Shown piece by piece: positions 9,146 through 20,400 of a DNA stretch of 64,000 nt. The stretch is taken from positions 32,001-96,000 of IMG/VR virus record IMGVR_UViG_3300027861_000011, one strand, 5' to 3'. The stretch is from a virus. Made by a program: the position numbers and the translations under genes. The notes under the pieces were generated by a model that saw only the letters and a list, made by a program, of their open reading frames with translations, searched no databases and was not told the DNA's origin. Each line of letters begins with the position of its first letter. The first letter of the stretch is position 1.

Positions 9146-12100
9146 ATGGAAAAGGAGAAAGTTAGTTTTGAAGTAATTGAGAAGTTCTTAGAGGGTAGAG
9201 ACCCACAGAAGTATATTGTGAGTATTGAAGCATCATACCATGAACAATTCGTATCACTTATTATTAATGACCCAGATAAGGGTAAATTTATAGAGAAGCA
9301 CTCTTATAATCCATTTATATGGATGAAGCACAGTGTTGCTGATATAATGTATAATGGTAAGCGAGGTGATATAAAAGCGGCCATGACAAAATATGGTGTA
9401 AAGATAAAAGCTTTAACTATAGAGGATAGTGATGGTAATATTCCAGAAAGATTAGAGGATGGTTATAAATTTATGGCTAGTTGTAAAACTAGTTATTCAA
9501 ATCTTATTCAATTCTTTAGAGATGGTGGTGTAGATATCTTTGATGAGAAATATAAAAAGATGTTTGTTGCATTCGCACCAGCAGAACAATTCTTTATTCA
9601 AACTGGTAAAAGACTTTTTAAAGGGATGGATGAGTATAATGATGTTCATAGATTTCAGTTTGATTTAGAAACAATGGGTCTTGATGGTTCAGTTAGTCCA
9701 ATATTCCAAATAGGTATTAGAGATAATAGAGGGTTTGAATTAATTCTTGAAACAAAAGGAGATACTGATGCTGAAAAAAGAGATTCTGAAAGAGAAAATA
9801 TTTATACATTCTTTGAGGCTATAGAAAGAATATGTCCAGATATTATCACTGGATATAATTCAGAAAACTTTGATTGGCCTTATTTAAAGAAAAGGTGTAA
9901 TAGGCTTGGTATTGATATAACTAGTATCGCTAAAACACTTAATAAGAAACATAAGATTAGATGGAAAGATTCTATGATTAAGTTAGGTGGTGAATCAGAA
10001 TATTATCAACAAACAATGATGTGGGGTTTTAATATACTTGATATATCTCATTCCGTTCGTAGAGCTCAAGCAATTAATTCAAATATTAAATCTTGGTCAC
10101 TTAAATATATTACAGAATATTCTGGTGTAGCTAAACCTAATAGAGTTTATGTTCCAGGTGATATGATTTATACCACATGGGCTGATGAGAGAGATTATTG
10201 GTATAATGATAGTAATGGTACTTATGGTTTAATGGAGACTCTTATTGAAGAGAAACAAAAAGAATTATCAAATGAAACTGTTGACAAATTACTTGAAATG
10301 GGTGGTCTTACTAGGGTTAGTGGTGCTTATATAGTTCAAAGATATCTTAAGGATGATTTATGGGAAACAGAACAAGTGGATGGTATATATAACCAAGCAG
10401 CTTATTTGATTGCTAAGTTATTACCTACATCTTATATGAGAAGTTCTACAATGGGCACAGCTGGACAATGGAAACTTATTATGGCTTCTTGGTCTTATGA
10501 ACAAGGGTTAGCTATACCAGCATTAGAGCCAAAAAGAAGTTTTACTGGTGGTCTATCTAGACTTTTAGAAGTAGGGTACGCTAGAGATGTTATTAAGTTA
10601 GATTTCGCTGCACTATATCCAAAGACTCAGTTAACTCATGGTATATTCCCAGAGCTTGATATATCTGGAGTTATGGAAGGTTTATTGACTTATGTTGTTG
10701 ATAAGAGAGATGAATTTAAATTCCTTACAAGTGAACATAAAGATAAAGCTAGGAAGTTAAAGGGTCAATTAGATGATAATATAGATAAACTTACACCAGA
10801 TAGAATAGCTAAGGCTAAAGAGATGATATCTAAAGATAAGAAGATAGCTTCTGATTACGATAAGAAACAGTTACCACTTAAGATTCTTGCTAACTCATTC
10901 TTCGGTGCATATGGTGCTCCCTATATATTTAACTGGGGCGATACTGATTGTGCTGAAGAAACAACTTGTAGAGGAAGACAATACTTGAGGCTTATGGTTA
11001 AGCATTTTTATGAGAAGTATGATTTCAGACCACTAGTTGGAGATACTGATGGTTTTAACTTTGCTATTCCAGAATCAGCTAAAGACATTAAATACACTTG
11101 TAAGGCTAATCATTGGAAAACTAATCATTATACACCAGGAACTAAGTTGGATGGCTTAGATGCAGTATTAGCAGAGTTTAATGAAGTACATATGATAGGT
11201 AGAATGGGGTTAGATGTAGATGATATATGTTCTTCAACAATAAACTTCGCTAGAAAGAATTATGCAAATGATATAGATGGTAAGGTTAAATTAGTGGGTA
11301 ACTCTATTAAGAGTAAGGCAATGCCAGTTTATATCGAAGAGTTTTTAGCTAAAGGTATTAGGTTTCTATTAGATGGTAAAGGATATGAATTTATAGAATG
11401 GTATTACTCATATGTGGATGACATTTATAATTATAGAATTCCAGTTGCAAAGATTGCATCTAAATCTAAGGTTAAAATGACTGTTAAGAATTATAAGAGT
11501 GTTTATACAAAACAAACTAATAAGGCTGGAAATCTTAAAGCAAGACAAGCTCATATGGAGTTAATAATTGCTAATGATTTAGATGTTAATTTAGGTGATG
11601 TAATTTATTATGTTAATACTGGTTCTGCTAAATCACATAGTGACGTTAAAGCTATAAAGGATAAAGAAACTAAACAAGTTATAGAGATTAAATTTAATTC
11701 TAAGATTATTTCATCTGAACAATTAGAAAAGAATCCAAACTTAACTAATGATGAATATAATGTCTCTAAATACTTAGATGCTTTTAATAAAAGAATTAAA
11801 CCTCTATTGGTTTGTTTTGACCCAGAGATGAGAAGTGAAATCATTATAGATGTTTATAAAGATAAAAAGACTAAGGTTCTTAAATTAAAAGAAAGAAGTG
11901 TATTTACTGAAAAGCAATGCGTAATGATGGCTGGTAAACCATTTGAAGATAGTGACCAGGACACTTATGATGCACTTATGACAATGGAAGATAAAGAAAT
12001 TAAATTCTGGGATTCTGTTGATAAGCTTCCAAATAATATGGAGCAAAAAGAATGGGATATAGTTAGGGGTGATTATCTTGAAAGAATGAGGGTTGAGAGA

Positions 12101-12415
12101 ATATCGGGTATTTCAAGTGAAAAGGCTTTATTAACTGATATCTGTATGAGATGTGAAATTTCTCAATTAGAATCTATTAGAGAAAGTGGTGAATGGCCAA
12201 AAGAAATAATGGTGTTCAGTGAAGTAGTTAAAGATGAAGATGGTGTATGGTATTTTAAATCTAAGAAATGGGAAGTTAAATTACATGATGCTGACGAATT
12301 ATTTAAGTATTATGAAGAAGCTATGCGAAGAGCAAGTTATTATAATACTATAGATGATGTAGAAGATAGATATGAGATGTGGTTAGATTATAAATCATCG
12401 CAAGAACATACATAA
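9146..12415 (+). CDS. polB: family B DNA polymerase
   Basis: Exonuclease motifs FDLET, GYNSENFDWPY and YLKDD; polymerase motifs DFAALYP, KILANSFFGAYG and VGDTDG. Confidence 0.95.
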   Translation: MEKEKVSFEVIEKFLEGRDPQKYIVSIEASYHEQFVSLIINDPDKGKFIEKHSYNPFIWMKHSVADIMYNGKRGDIKAAMTKYGVKIKALTIEDSDGNIPERLEDGYKFMASCKTSYSNLIQFFRDGGVDIFDEKYKKMFVAFAPAEQFFIQTGKRLFKGMDEYNDVHRFQFDLETMGLDGSVSPIFQIGIRDNRGFELILETKGDTDAEKRDSERENIYTFFEAIERICPDIITGYNSENFDWPYLKKRCNRLGIDITSIAKTLNKKHKIRWKDSMIKLGGESEYYQQTMMWGFNILDISHSVRRAQAINSNIKSWSLKYITEYSGVAKPNRVYVPGDMIYTTWADERDYWYNDSNGTYGLMETLIEEKQKELSNETVDKLLEMGGLTRVSGAYIVQRYLKDDLWETEQVDGIYNQAAYLIAKLLPTSYMRSSTMGTAGQWKLIMASWSYEQGLAIPALEPKRSFTGGLSRLLEVGYARDVIKLDFAALYPKTQLTHGIFPELDISGVMEGLLTYVVDKRDEFKFLTSEHKDKARKLKGQLDDNIDKLTPDRIAKAKEMISKDKKIASDYDKKQLPLKILANSFFGAYGAPYIFNWGDTDCAEETTCRGRQYLRLMVKHFYEKYDFRPLVGDTDGFNFAIPESAKDIKYTCKANHWKTNHYTPGTKLDGLDAVLAEFNEVHMIGRMGLDVDDICSSTINFARKNYANDIDGKVKLVGNSIKSKAMPVYIEEFLAKGIRFLLDGKGYEFIEWYYSYVDDIYNYRIPVAKIASKSKVKMTVKNYKSVYTKQTNKAGNLKARQAHMELIIANDLDVNLGDVIYYVNTGSAKSHSDVKAIKDKETKQVIEIKFNSKIISSEQLEKNPNLTNDEYNVSKYLDAFNKRIKPLLVCFDPEMRSEIIIDVYKDKKTKVLKLKERSVFTEKQCVMMAGKPFEDSDQDTYDALMTMEDKEIKFWDSVDKLPNNMEQKEWDIVRGDYLERMRVERISGISSEKALLTDICMRCEISQLESIRESGEWPKEIMVFSEVVKDEDGVWYFKSKKWEVKLHDADELFKYYEEAMRRASYYNTIDDVEDRYEMWLDYKSSQEHT

Positions 12416-12420
12416 ACAAG

Positions 12421-12448
12421 AAAGGAGCTAATTAAAGCTCCTTTTTTT
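12421..12448. terminator. bidirectional intrinsic terminator
   Basis: AAAGGAGCT-aattaa-AGCTCCTTT followed by a T run, between convergent genes. Confidence 0.85.
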
Positions 12449-13598
12449 ATTTTACCCAGAATCCTAGTGGTCTGAATTTTAAGTGTTTATTTAAGTATTC
12501 AGCTTCGACAGCCCCTCTTTCTAATTGTTTTGTAGTAGAAAGTCTATCAAGTCTAGTATCAAGTCTTTCAAGAATTGCTTTTCTTTCTTCATTACCTTCT
12601 GATAGTAGTGATTCATAATCCATAGTTCTTTCAGCTTCTGGTGGTCCAATAACCCCACCGAACTTACCTCTTGTTCTACCCAATGCTCTTTTAGATTCAG
12701 CAATAAATAAATTTCTAACAAGAACTTTAGTAGGTTCATTAAAGTCAGCAAAGTCTAATTTAGCTAAAGGAACATCATTAGGTAATTTAATAATATCTGG
12801 ATTATCTTTTCTACATTCATCTACATTTTCAGCTGTTGTGTCATAATAATGATACCATACTTGACACCCAGTAAGATTAACTGAACTTAATTGACCACCA
12901 CCAACTCCATGACCAAATGACATCTTAGAACCTGGAACACTCATTAAGTGTAAAAGTCTTGTTCCATCTGGACCAGCAGTTACCTTATATGTTAAATCAC
13001 TTCTAAGTATTCTATTTTTAAGATTTAAATCTTGTGCAGTAAGAAGAATATCGTAAGCTGGTGCAATATAATATCCACCATTTCCACCCATTCCATAACC
13101 ACTTCCACCGCCACCACCAGTACCTAACTGACCAAATCCACCACCATATCCGTAATCGATTCCACCGTAATTAGCGAAAAGTGCCATTTGTGTTGTGGGA
13201 GGTGTAATCCAGAGTACTTCATTAATTTCTCTACCAGCTGGTATTTGATAAACTTGTCTACCAGCTTCTATTGTTACGTAATCCTTTTTTAATTCCCATG
13301 GACCTCTTGATTGAAGGCCAACTTGTTTTGAATAAGCGTAAGTATATTGACTCATGAAATCAAAATCTCTAACACTTAATGCAAATGCCATATCTGTTGT
13401 ATTTATATTCTCACCTAATAATGATTGCCATTGATGTTCTATAAGCCATTCTTGTACATATTGTGCGTAATCTTCCGTTGCTATTTCTAATAACGTACAT
13501 AACATATCATCAGTTAATTCAATCTGACGAAGAGGTGCACCCATTGATACACGAAATTGTTGGAATATTCTTTCCTTGTCTGTTATACTTATTCCCAT
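12447..13598 (-). CDS. neck / head-tail connector, T4 gp13-like
   Basis: FRVSMGAPLRQIELTDDMLCTLLE resembles the gp13 N-terminus; TATTTATA 13 nt upstream. Confidence 0.7.
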   Translation of the reverse strand: MGISITDKERIFQQFRVSMGAPLRQIELTDDMLCTLLEIATEDYAQYVQEWLIEHQWQSLLGENINTTDMAFALSVRDFDFMSQYTYAYSKQVGLQSRGPWELKKDYVTIEAGRQVYQIPAGREINEVLWITPPTTQMALFANYGGIDYGYGGGFGQLGTGGGGGSGYGMGGNGGYYIAPAYDILLTAQDLNLKNRILRSDLTYKVTAGPDGTRLLHLMSVPGSKMSFGHGVGGGQLSSVNLTGCQVWYHYYDTTAENVDECRKDNPDIIKLPNDVPLAKLDFADFNEPTKVLVRNLFIAESKRALGRTRGKFGGVIGPPEAERTMDYESLLSEGNEERKAILERLDTRLDRLSTTKQLERGAVEAEYLNKHLKFRPLGFWVK

Positions 13599-13638
13599 AA
13601 TATTGTTTTATTATAAATATTATGAAATAAGGTAATAT

Positions 13639-13908
13639 TTAATCATTTAAGAATTTCTTTGTTAATTCTAGTGCTTCCTTAATACTTTTAAAACTAATTT
13701 GTGGGGAAAGTATTGTTTTATTGACCAGTATAATTGGTACACTCTCACTTTTACCTATCTCCATAATCTTTTTAGTTTCTTCTTTATTTTCATCTAATTC
13801 AATATCTACATAAATAAAATCAATGTTATTATTTTCATAAAATTCTTTTAATTCTTGGCAGTAAGGGCATTCTTCAAAACCATAAAGTCTAACTTTCTTC
13901 ATATTCAT
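13639..13908 (-). CDS. glutaredoxin (probable start 13902)
   Basis: CPYC active site and SVP cis-Pro motif. Confidence 0.9.
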   Translation of the reverse strand: MNMKKVRLYGFEECPYCQELKEFYENNNIDFIYVDIELDENKEETKKIMEIGKSESVPIILVNKTILSPQISFKSIKEALELTKKFLND

Positions 13909-15754
13909 CTATTATTTCTTCAAGCATTATTTCTATTGTTTCTTCTTCATTAATATGTTTTTGACCCATTATTATGTTAATGATATCTTGTTTTCTTTGA
14001 AGTGTTTCCCACATTCTTACTGAAACTGTTTTTTCAAACAACTGATAATAAACCGTTACATTATTCATTTGTCCTATTCTGTATGCTCTATCTTCAGCTT
14101 GTTCGTTGTTCCCAGGTACCCAATCAAAAGAATTAAAAATAACATGAGTAGCTTCAGTTAGGGTAATACCAACACCAGCAGATATTATATTACCAATAAA
14201 TACTTCAACCTTATCATTTTGTTGAAACTTATCTATTGATAATTGTTTTTCTTTATCACTCATTTTACCATAATGTATAACACATTTATTACCAAAGTGT
14301 TTTTGTAGGGCTAATAGTTCATCAGTAAAATTTGTAAATATAATAACCTTGTTATCTTGTTCTATTATATCTTCTGCCATAGCTATACTCTCTGGTATTG
14401 CTTCCATAGCAACAAACTTTCTAAGAAGACCTAGTTCAACTAAATCTCTTTCTGGTTCACCTCTTTTCTTTTTCTTTTTTCTTTCTACTAAATATTCTTC
14501 CCAAAGGTCATTATATTCACCCCATTGTTTATCGGTAAACTTATGATATGTTGGGACCATTAACTTATCTGGCATATCCTTTATTTCAGTCTTAAGTCTT
14601 CGCTTATATATATGTTTAGTCTTAATTGCAAGTTCTTCTAAGTTTGAAGCGCCATTAGTGAGCCATATCTTCTTCCTTTGACCATTTTTAAGCGTTGTGG
14701 TGATTTGTTTACCTTCACAATACCTCAGAACATAGAATTTAAAGTTATCCACTAAGGGACTCTTAATAAGCCTTAAAAGATTATAATAATCCATAGGTCT
14801 ATTTGCAACTGGTGTTCCACTTAAAAGCCATACCTTTTCGATATTATGATTAACACAAAGGTCTTTCATGATACTACCTCTATTACTTTTAGGATTCTTT
14901 AACTTATGTGCTTCGTCTATAATAACTAAATCAAAATTACCTTGTACTAAGTGTTGATTATCCCAACATATATCTTCTTCTTTAATATTCTTTCCAGGTA
15001 CTTCATGGAAGTTTTTAAGTATATCATAATTAATGATAGTAAATTTAGCTTGGTCCCATTTCTTTCCACTTATAATGGTAGTATCAAAGTTCTGGAAGTA
15101 ATTGATTTCTCTTTCCCAGTTTATCTTTACGGCTGAAGGACAAATAATAAGAATCCTTTCAGCGCCACACTCAAGTGCCGCAACTATTGATTGTAAACTT
15201 TTACCTAATCCCATATCATCAGCTAAAAGACAACCGTTATTAGTTAAAAGGAATTTTATACCATCTTTTTGGTGGTCATAGAATTTTCTACCGATACTAC
15301 CATCCTTAAGAATAAATGTATCTAATTCCTCGTACTTTTCAAAATCAACATCAATATCCACTTCTTCATGATAAAGGTCATCAAGTATTTGAGTCTTAGG
15401 GATGAAATACATTCTAGACTTTTCTTGATTTCTTTTTAGTTTACCGTAAATATGGTATGTCTTTTCGTTATCAGCAAGTAGGTATTCAACAAGTATTCTT
15501 TCTGGTTTAAAAGAAAGTCTTTCGTTTCGTTGTAACTCTTCACCTAAATAATCGGTAATCCCAATTACCTTATTAATATGTAACGGTATAAAATCATAAT
15601 TATGAATTATATATTTTGTTTGGTTGGTTGTTAATTTTAACTTACCGTCTTTAGCTAAATCACTCTTAAGTTTTTTAATGTAGGGGTTCTTACCTTCATA
15701 TTTTCTTAGTAGTTCAATCGCATCTCTACCTTTTATATCATCTAAATTTATCAA
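13889..15754 (-). CDS. SNF2-family (HARP/SMARCAL1-like) helicase
   Basis: LADDMGLGKS, DEAH, LLSGTPVANRP, GVGITLT, QAEDRAYRIGQ; TTGATT-N17-TATATT upstream. Confidence 0.92.
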   Translation of the reverse strand: MINLDDIKGRDAIELLRKYEGKNPYIKKLKSDLAKDGKLKLTTNQTKYIIHNYDFIPLHINKVIGITDYLGEELQRNERLSFKPERILVEYLLADNEKTYHIYGKLKRNQEKSRMYFIPKTQILDDLYHEEVDIDVDFEKYEELDTFILKDGSIGRKFYDHQKDGIKFLLTNNGCLLADDMGLGKSLQSIVAALECGAERILIICPSAVKINWEREINYFQNFDTTIISGKKWDQAKFTIINYDILKNFHEVPGKNIKEEDICWDNQHLVQGNFDLVIIDEAHKLKNPKSNRGSIMKDLCVNHNIEKVWLLSGTPVANRPMDYYNLLRLIKSPLVDNFKFYVLRYCEGKQITTTLKNGQRKKIWLTNGASNLEELAIKTKHIYKRRLKTEIKDMPDKLMVPTYHKFTDKQWGEYNDLWEEYLVERKKKKKRGEPERDLVELGLLRKFVAMEAIPESIAMAEDIIEQDNKVIIFTNFTDELLALQKHFGNKCVIHYGKMSDKEKQLSIDKFQQNDKVEVFIGNIISAGVGITLTEATHVIFNSFDWVPGNNEQAEDRAYRIGQMNNVTVYYQLFEKTVSVRMWETLQRKQDIINIIMGQKHINEEETIEIMLEEIIDEYEES

Positions 15755-15866
15755 GTTAATTTAATTAATGTTATTCGTTATAAAGATTTAATATAATGAA
15801 TTTTATTAAAAAAATCAAGTCTTTTAGAATTATTACTTATTTCTAAATATTTATCTAATAAAGACA

Positions 15867-16391
15867 ATGGCAACACCAAGAAGAATACCTATAAATCGTA
15901 ATAACAAGTTTTTTTCACAGGAGGATTTTGAGTTGGATGTGAATATGGGTAGGGAAGCAATTGAAGGTGATGGTAATTTTGTAGTAATACTTTATAGGGT
16001 TGATAGGGAAATGACCGCATCTGATGACTTATATGGTGAAGCTGGTAAAGATGATATTAGATTCTTTCCACCAGTTGAATTAAGGGTGGCGTTAACATTT
16101 AATGAGGCAGAAAATAAAGCTTATAATAGTGGTTCTGGTAGTCTTAGATATTTACAAGATGGTCAATTATCTTTTGGGGTATATGAAGCTCAATTAGCAG
16201 AATTAGATGTTCAATTAAATTATGGTGATTATATTGGTTATGCCGTTAGCGAAACAGATGTTAGGTATTTTTCAGTTGTTAATGATGGAATTAAGAATTA
16301 TGATAATAAACATACCATTATGGGGTATAAAGGTGCATTTAGAACTGTAGTTTGTGCTAGTGTAGATGAAAACGAATTCAGAGGATTTTAG
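15867..16391 (+). CDS. head completion / neck protein, gp14-like
   Basis: DDLYGEA...FFPPVEL...GDYIGY...YFSVVNDG; position before the tail terminator. Confidence 0.6.
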   Translation: MATPRRIPINRNNKFFSQEDFELDVNMGREAIEGDGNFVVILYRVDREMTASDDLYGEAGKDDIRFFPPVELRVALTFNEAENKAYNSGSGSLRYLQDGQLSFGVYEAQLAELDVQLNYGDYIGYAVSETDVRYFSVVNDGIKNYDNKHTIMGYKGAFRTVVCASVDENEFRGF

Positions 16392-16412
16392 AAGATTTAA
16401 AAATAGGAAATT

Positions 16413-17468
16413 ATGTGTGCACTTCCAAAGGGATTTAAAAAAAATATAAAGATACTGAAAGATAAGGTTGGTTTCGATAGAAGGCAAGGTATTCTTGACG
16501 ATATAGCTGATAATGGTACATTCCTTCCTAGAGGGGTTATGTATGAAGATATGGATAAATCTTTTATCGAATTCGTTGATAAGGATTTACAATTAGTTAT
16601 TGATGGTGAAACTGTACCTGTTATTTTTCTAACACTTCAAAGATGGTCGGAGTTTTCTAAGACTTGGCAACATGCTGATAAATATAAGGATATTAAGATG
16701 CCGTTTATTACGATTGTTAGACAACCTAATCCACAAGTGGGGAATAACCAAGCTGGGTTATTTAATATTCCAGGTAGAAGAACTTATACATATATGAAAG
16801 TACCCACTTTTGAGGGTGGTAGAAAGGGTATTGATGTCTATAAGATTCCACAACCAACTTCAGTAGATATCACTTATGAGGTAAGACTTTTCTGTAATAG
16901 AATGAGAGACCTTAATAAACTTAATATAAAGGTAGTTCAAGCGTTTAACGCAATTCAATATTACATAAGGGTTAATGGTCACCCTATGCCATTACTTCTA
17001 GAAAGTATTGGAGATGAGAGTAATATAGATGATTTTGAAAATAGAAGATTCTATGTTCAACCATATGAAATAAAGTTAGAGGGATATGTTCTAGATGAGG
17101 ACCAGTTTGAAGTTATACCAGCTATTAATAGAGCGTTAGTTATGGGTGAGATTTCTGAAACGCCAATAGTACCCAGGTTTACAGCTAGTACTAATAAAAC
17201 TGAAGGTACATTCTCATATAATGTTATATTTAAACCTCAATCAGAACCATCATTTAGTTATATAGTTGACTACGATAGTAAGTATACTAATATCGTTAAT
17301 ATTGAAGGTGCTACAAACATTGAGATTAGGGTAAATGGAGTGCAAGTATTTAATGGTATAGATTTTACCACTTCTTTTGTCGTAAATGCTGGTAGCGAGA
17401 TATATATTAAAGTAAGTAGAAATATATATTCTACTGCTAAATTTACACTAATAGGAAACATAATATAA
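16413..17468 (+). CDS. tail terminator / sheath stabiliser, gp15-like
   Basis: ERW-like QRWSEF, MPFITIVR, PTSVDITYEV motifs. Confidence 0.55.
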   Translation: MCALPKGFKKNIKILKDKVGFDRRQGILDDIADNGTFLPRGVMYEDMDKSFIEFVDKDLQLVIDGETVPVIFLTLQRWSEFSKTWQHADKYKDIKMPFITIVRQPNPQVGNNQAGLFNIPGRRTYTYMKVPTFEGGRKGIDVYKIPQPTSVDITYEVRLFCNRMRDLNKLNIKVVQAFNAIQYYIRVNGHPMPLLLESIGDESNIDDFENRRFYVQPYEIKLEGYVLDEDQFEVIPAINRALVMGEISETPIVPRFTASTNKTEGTFSYNVIFKPQSEPSFSYIVDYDSKYTNIVNIEGATNIEIRVNGVQVFNGIDFTTSFVVNAGSEIYIKVSRNIYSTAKFTLIGNII

Positions 17469-17472
17469 AAAA

Positions 17473-20400
17473 ATGAGCTGTAATAGTAACACACCAAATG
17501 TAAATAAAACATTTATTATAGAGCCTCAATCACTGACTGGGGGTACACCAGTATTATCCGCATGTACGTCTTTATATACTAACTTAATACAGGCTTGTTC
17601 TGGTGGAACTGTTAACTTCAGTGATAATATAAATATTAGTGGTGCTATTAGTGGTGTAACATATTATGGTGATGGTTCAAAACTTACTGGTATATCAACT
17701 GTAGATAATTTTGTAAGTGGTGGTACGTATAATAGTGGTTCTACAGTTTTAGAATTTGTTGGTAATAGTTCAGCTACAACATTTAATGTGGATGTATCTG
17801 AATTATTAGATAATACTAACTATTATGTTACTAATGCACAATTTAGTGGTTCAACACTTATCCTTACAAGAAATGGTGGGTTATCAGCACTTACATCTGA
17901 ATTCACAGCTACAACAGTAGATACATTTGTTAGTGCTGGTACATTTAATCAAGCAACTGCTGCAATCGATTTCAGTGGAAATAGTTCTGGAACAACATTT
18001 AGTGTTCAGTTAAATTCTTTAACCGCTAATACGTATACAAATAATAGTGAATTAGTAAATAATACGATATTCTTTGATACTAACTTGGCTCTTTCAGCTT
18101 ATTCAGTTGATTTAACCCCATTAGTGTTTACTGGTAATACATCTGGTGATTGTATTACTGACTTACATATAAGTAATCTTTATGGATGTTCACCAATAAC
18201 TACACATGATAAGTTAATATTATTAAGTGGTTTAACTTTTTCTTCCATAACTAAAGATAATTCTTTAATCCAAATATTAGGTAGAAATTCTACTACTGGT
18301 GATGTTGAATACAGAGATGTAAGTAGCATTATTACAGGGGCAACATCTACAATAACTGCGTCAAACGGACTTACAAAGACGGGTGATAATATAACCCTTG
18401 GTGGTGTATTAACTGGTGATACAACAATAAATATTGATAATAACACATTCGCACTTTCTGGTGGTAGCGTCTCAATGGATGACGGTACAGGGATTAATAT
18501 CGGCACAAATATAATTGATGGTGGGTCTGGTTTCTTTGGTTCATCAAACTACATACAATTGAGAACTAAGTCTGATTATAGTGAACCTTGGTTCTATATG
18601 AATGGTAGCCAATCTACAAGCTCTATCGGTAAATTCTTTCAGTGGAATCTTGGTGACCAAAGTCTTGACATTGCATTCACATTTGCAAAACCTTCAGCTA
18701 ACCATTACCAATTCAACAATAACCAATTTGCCCTTTATGATAATAGTGGGTCATATAAAATTTGGAACTACTTTAACAGAGAAAGTGTTGTAGGATTTAT
18801 CGCTGCACAAGGTATTGTTAATTCTAATGTTAATGGGTCTGTTGCAATAGCAACAAGTGCAGTTACAATGACTGCTAACTATACACTTTATACTGATAAG
18901 TTAAATCTAGTCGATACCCCAACGAACAATGACCTTAATACTAACATACTTACAAGGAATACAAGTACTGGTAACGTAGAGTATAGAGATGTAAGTTCTA
19001 TTATCAATGCTGCAAGTGCTGATACATATACAACTTCTGCTAATCTTTCTGGTGATAGTATTACCTTTGATAATAACTTAGGTGGAGTTAATGTTTATAA
19101 TGTAGACTTACTTCCATTACTTAGTGGTAAAACAAACAATACACATTTTGATAGTTATACATCTGCAACCGAAACAATTTTAAATACTAAGGTTGAAGAT
19201 GGTAATAATGTCGGTGGAGCAACTGAAATATTCTCTGGTAAATCTGGAACAATACTTAACTTTAGAACACTTTCGGGTGGTTCTAACACAACATTAACAA
19301 CTGTTGGTGATGTTGTTAAAATAGATGTTTCTATCCCAACTGACCAAGATACTCAAGTAACCGCATTTACTTGGAACCAAACAACTTTTGATTTAACAAT
19401 AAAACAAAATGGTTTATCAGATGAGACAGTTAACTTAGCTGTACTCGCTACTGACATTTATGTGGTTAGTGGTTCTTATAGTGCTAATACAGGTATTGTA
19501 AGATACACAAACTCTACGGGTGGTACATTTGATGTGAGTGGGTTCACGACTGGTATGACTGACACTTATACAACTGATGCTAATCTTTCTGGTAATAGTA
19601 TAACATTCGATAGAAATATAGGTGGTGGAAATGTTTATAATGTAGACTTACTTCCGTTACTTAGTGGTAAAACAAATAATACAGATTTCAACACTTATAC
19701 AGCTGCAACTGAGGTAATTATAGACTCTAAAGCTGACCAATCTGCATTTACAGCTCATACTGGTGATACAAGTAATCCGCATTTAACTGCATTTAGTTCA
19801 CTTACAACAACAGCACATACACATACGCTTAACGATATAACTGATTTTGATGCTTATAGTGGTAACGTACAAACAATATTAGATAGTAAAACTGACCAAA
19901 CACTTTTCGATTCTTATTCAGCTACAACTGATGCGGCAATAGCAAGTAAAGTAGACCAAACACTTTTCGATTCTTATAGTGCTGCTACAGAGATTACATT
20001 AGCTACTAAGGTTGATGGTGGTATTAATATTGGTAACGGTGCGGAGATATTCTCTGGTAAGTCTGGTACAACTCTTGTATTCAGAACACTTAGTGGTGGA
20101 ACAAATACAACGGTAACAACTATTGGTGGTCTTAATGTAATAGACGTTGTAATACCAACTGACCAAGATACTCAAGTAACTGCATTTACCTGGAACCCAA
20201 CAACATTTGATTTAACAATAGAACAAAATGGATTATCGGATGAGACAGTTAACTTATCTATACTTGCTACTGATATTTATGTTGTTAGTGGTGTTTATGA
20301 CCCACTAACTGGTATCGTAACTTATACTAACTCAACTGGTGGTACATTCCCAGTTTCTGGTTTCACAACTGGAATGACTGATTCATATACTACATCTGCT

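Noticed and set aside
9146-12415. Split, intein-containing or unusual polymerase
   Set aside because: All family B motifs occur in order in one ORF, and no splicing motifs were seen
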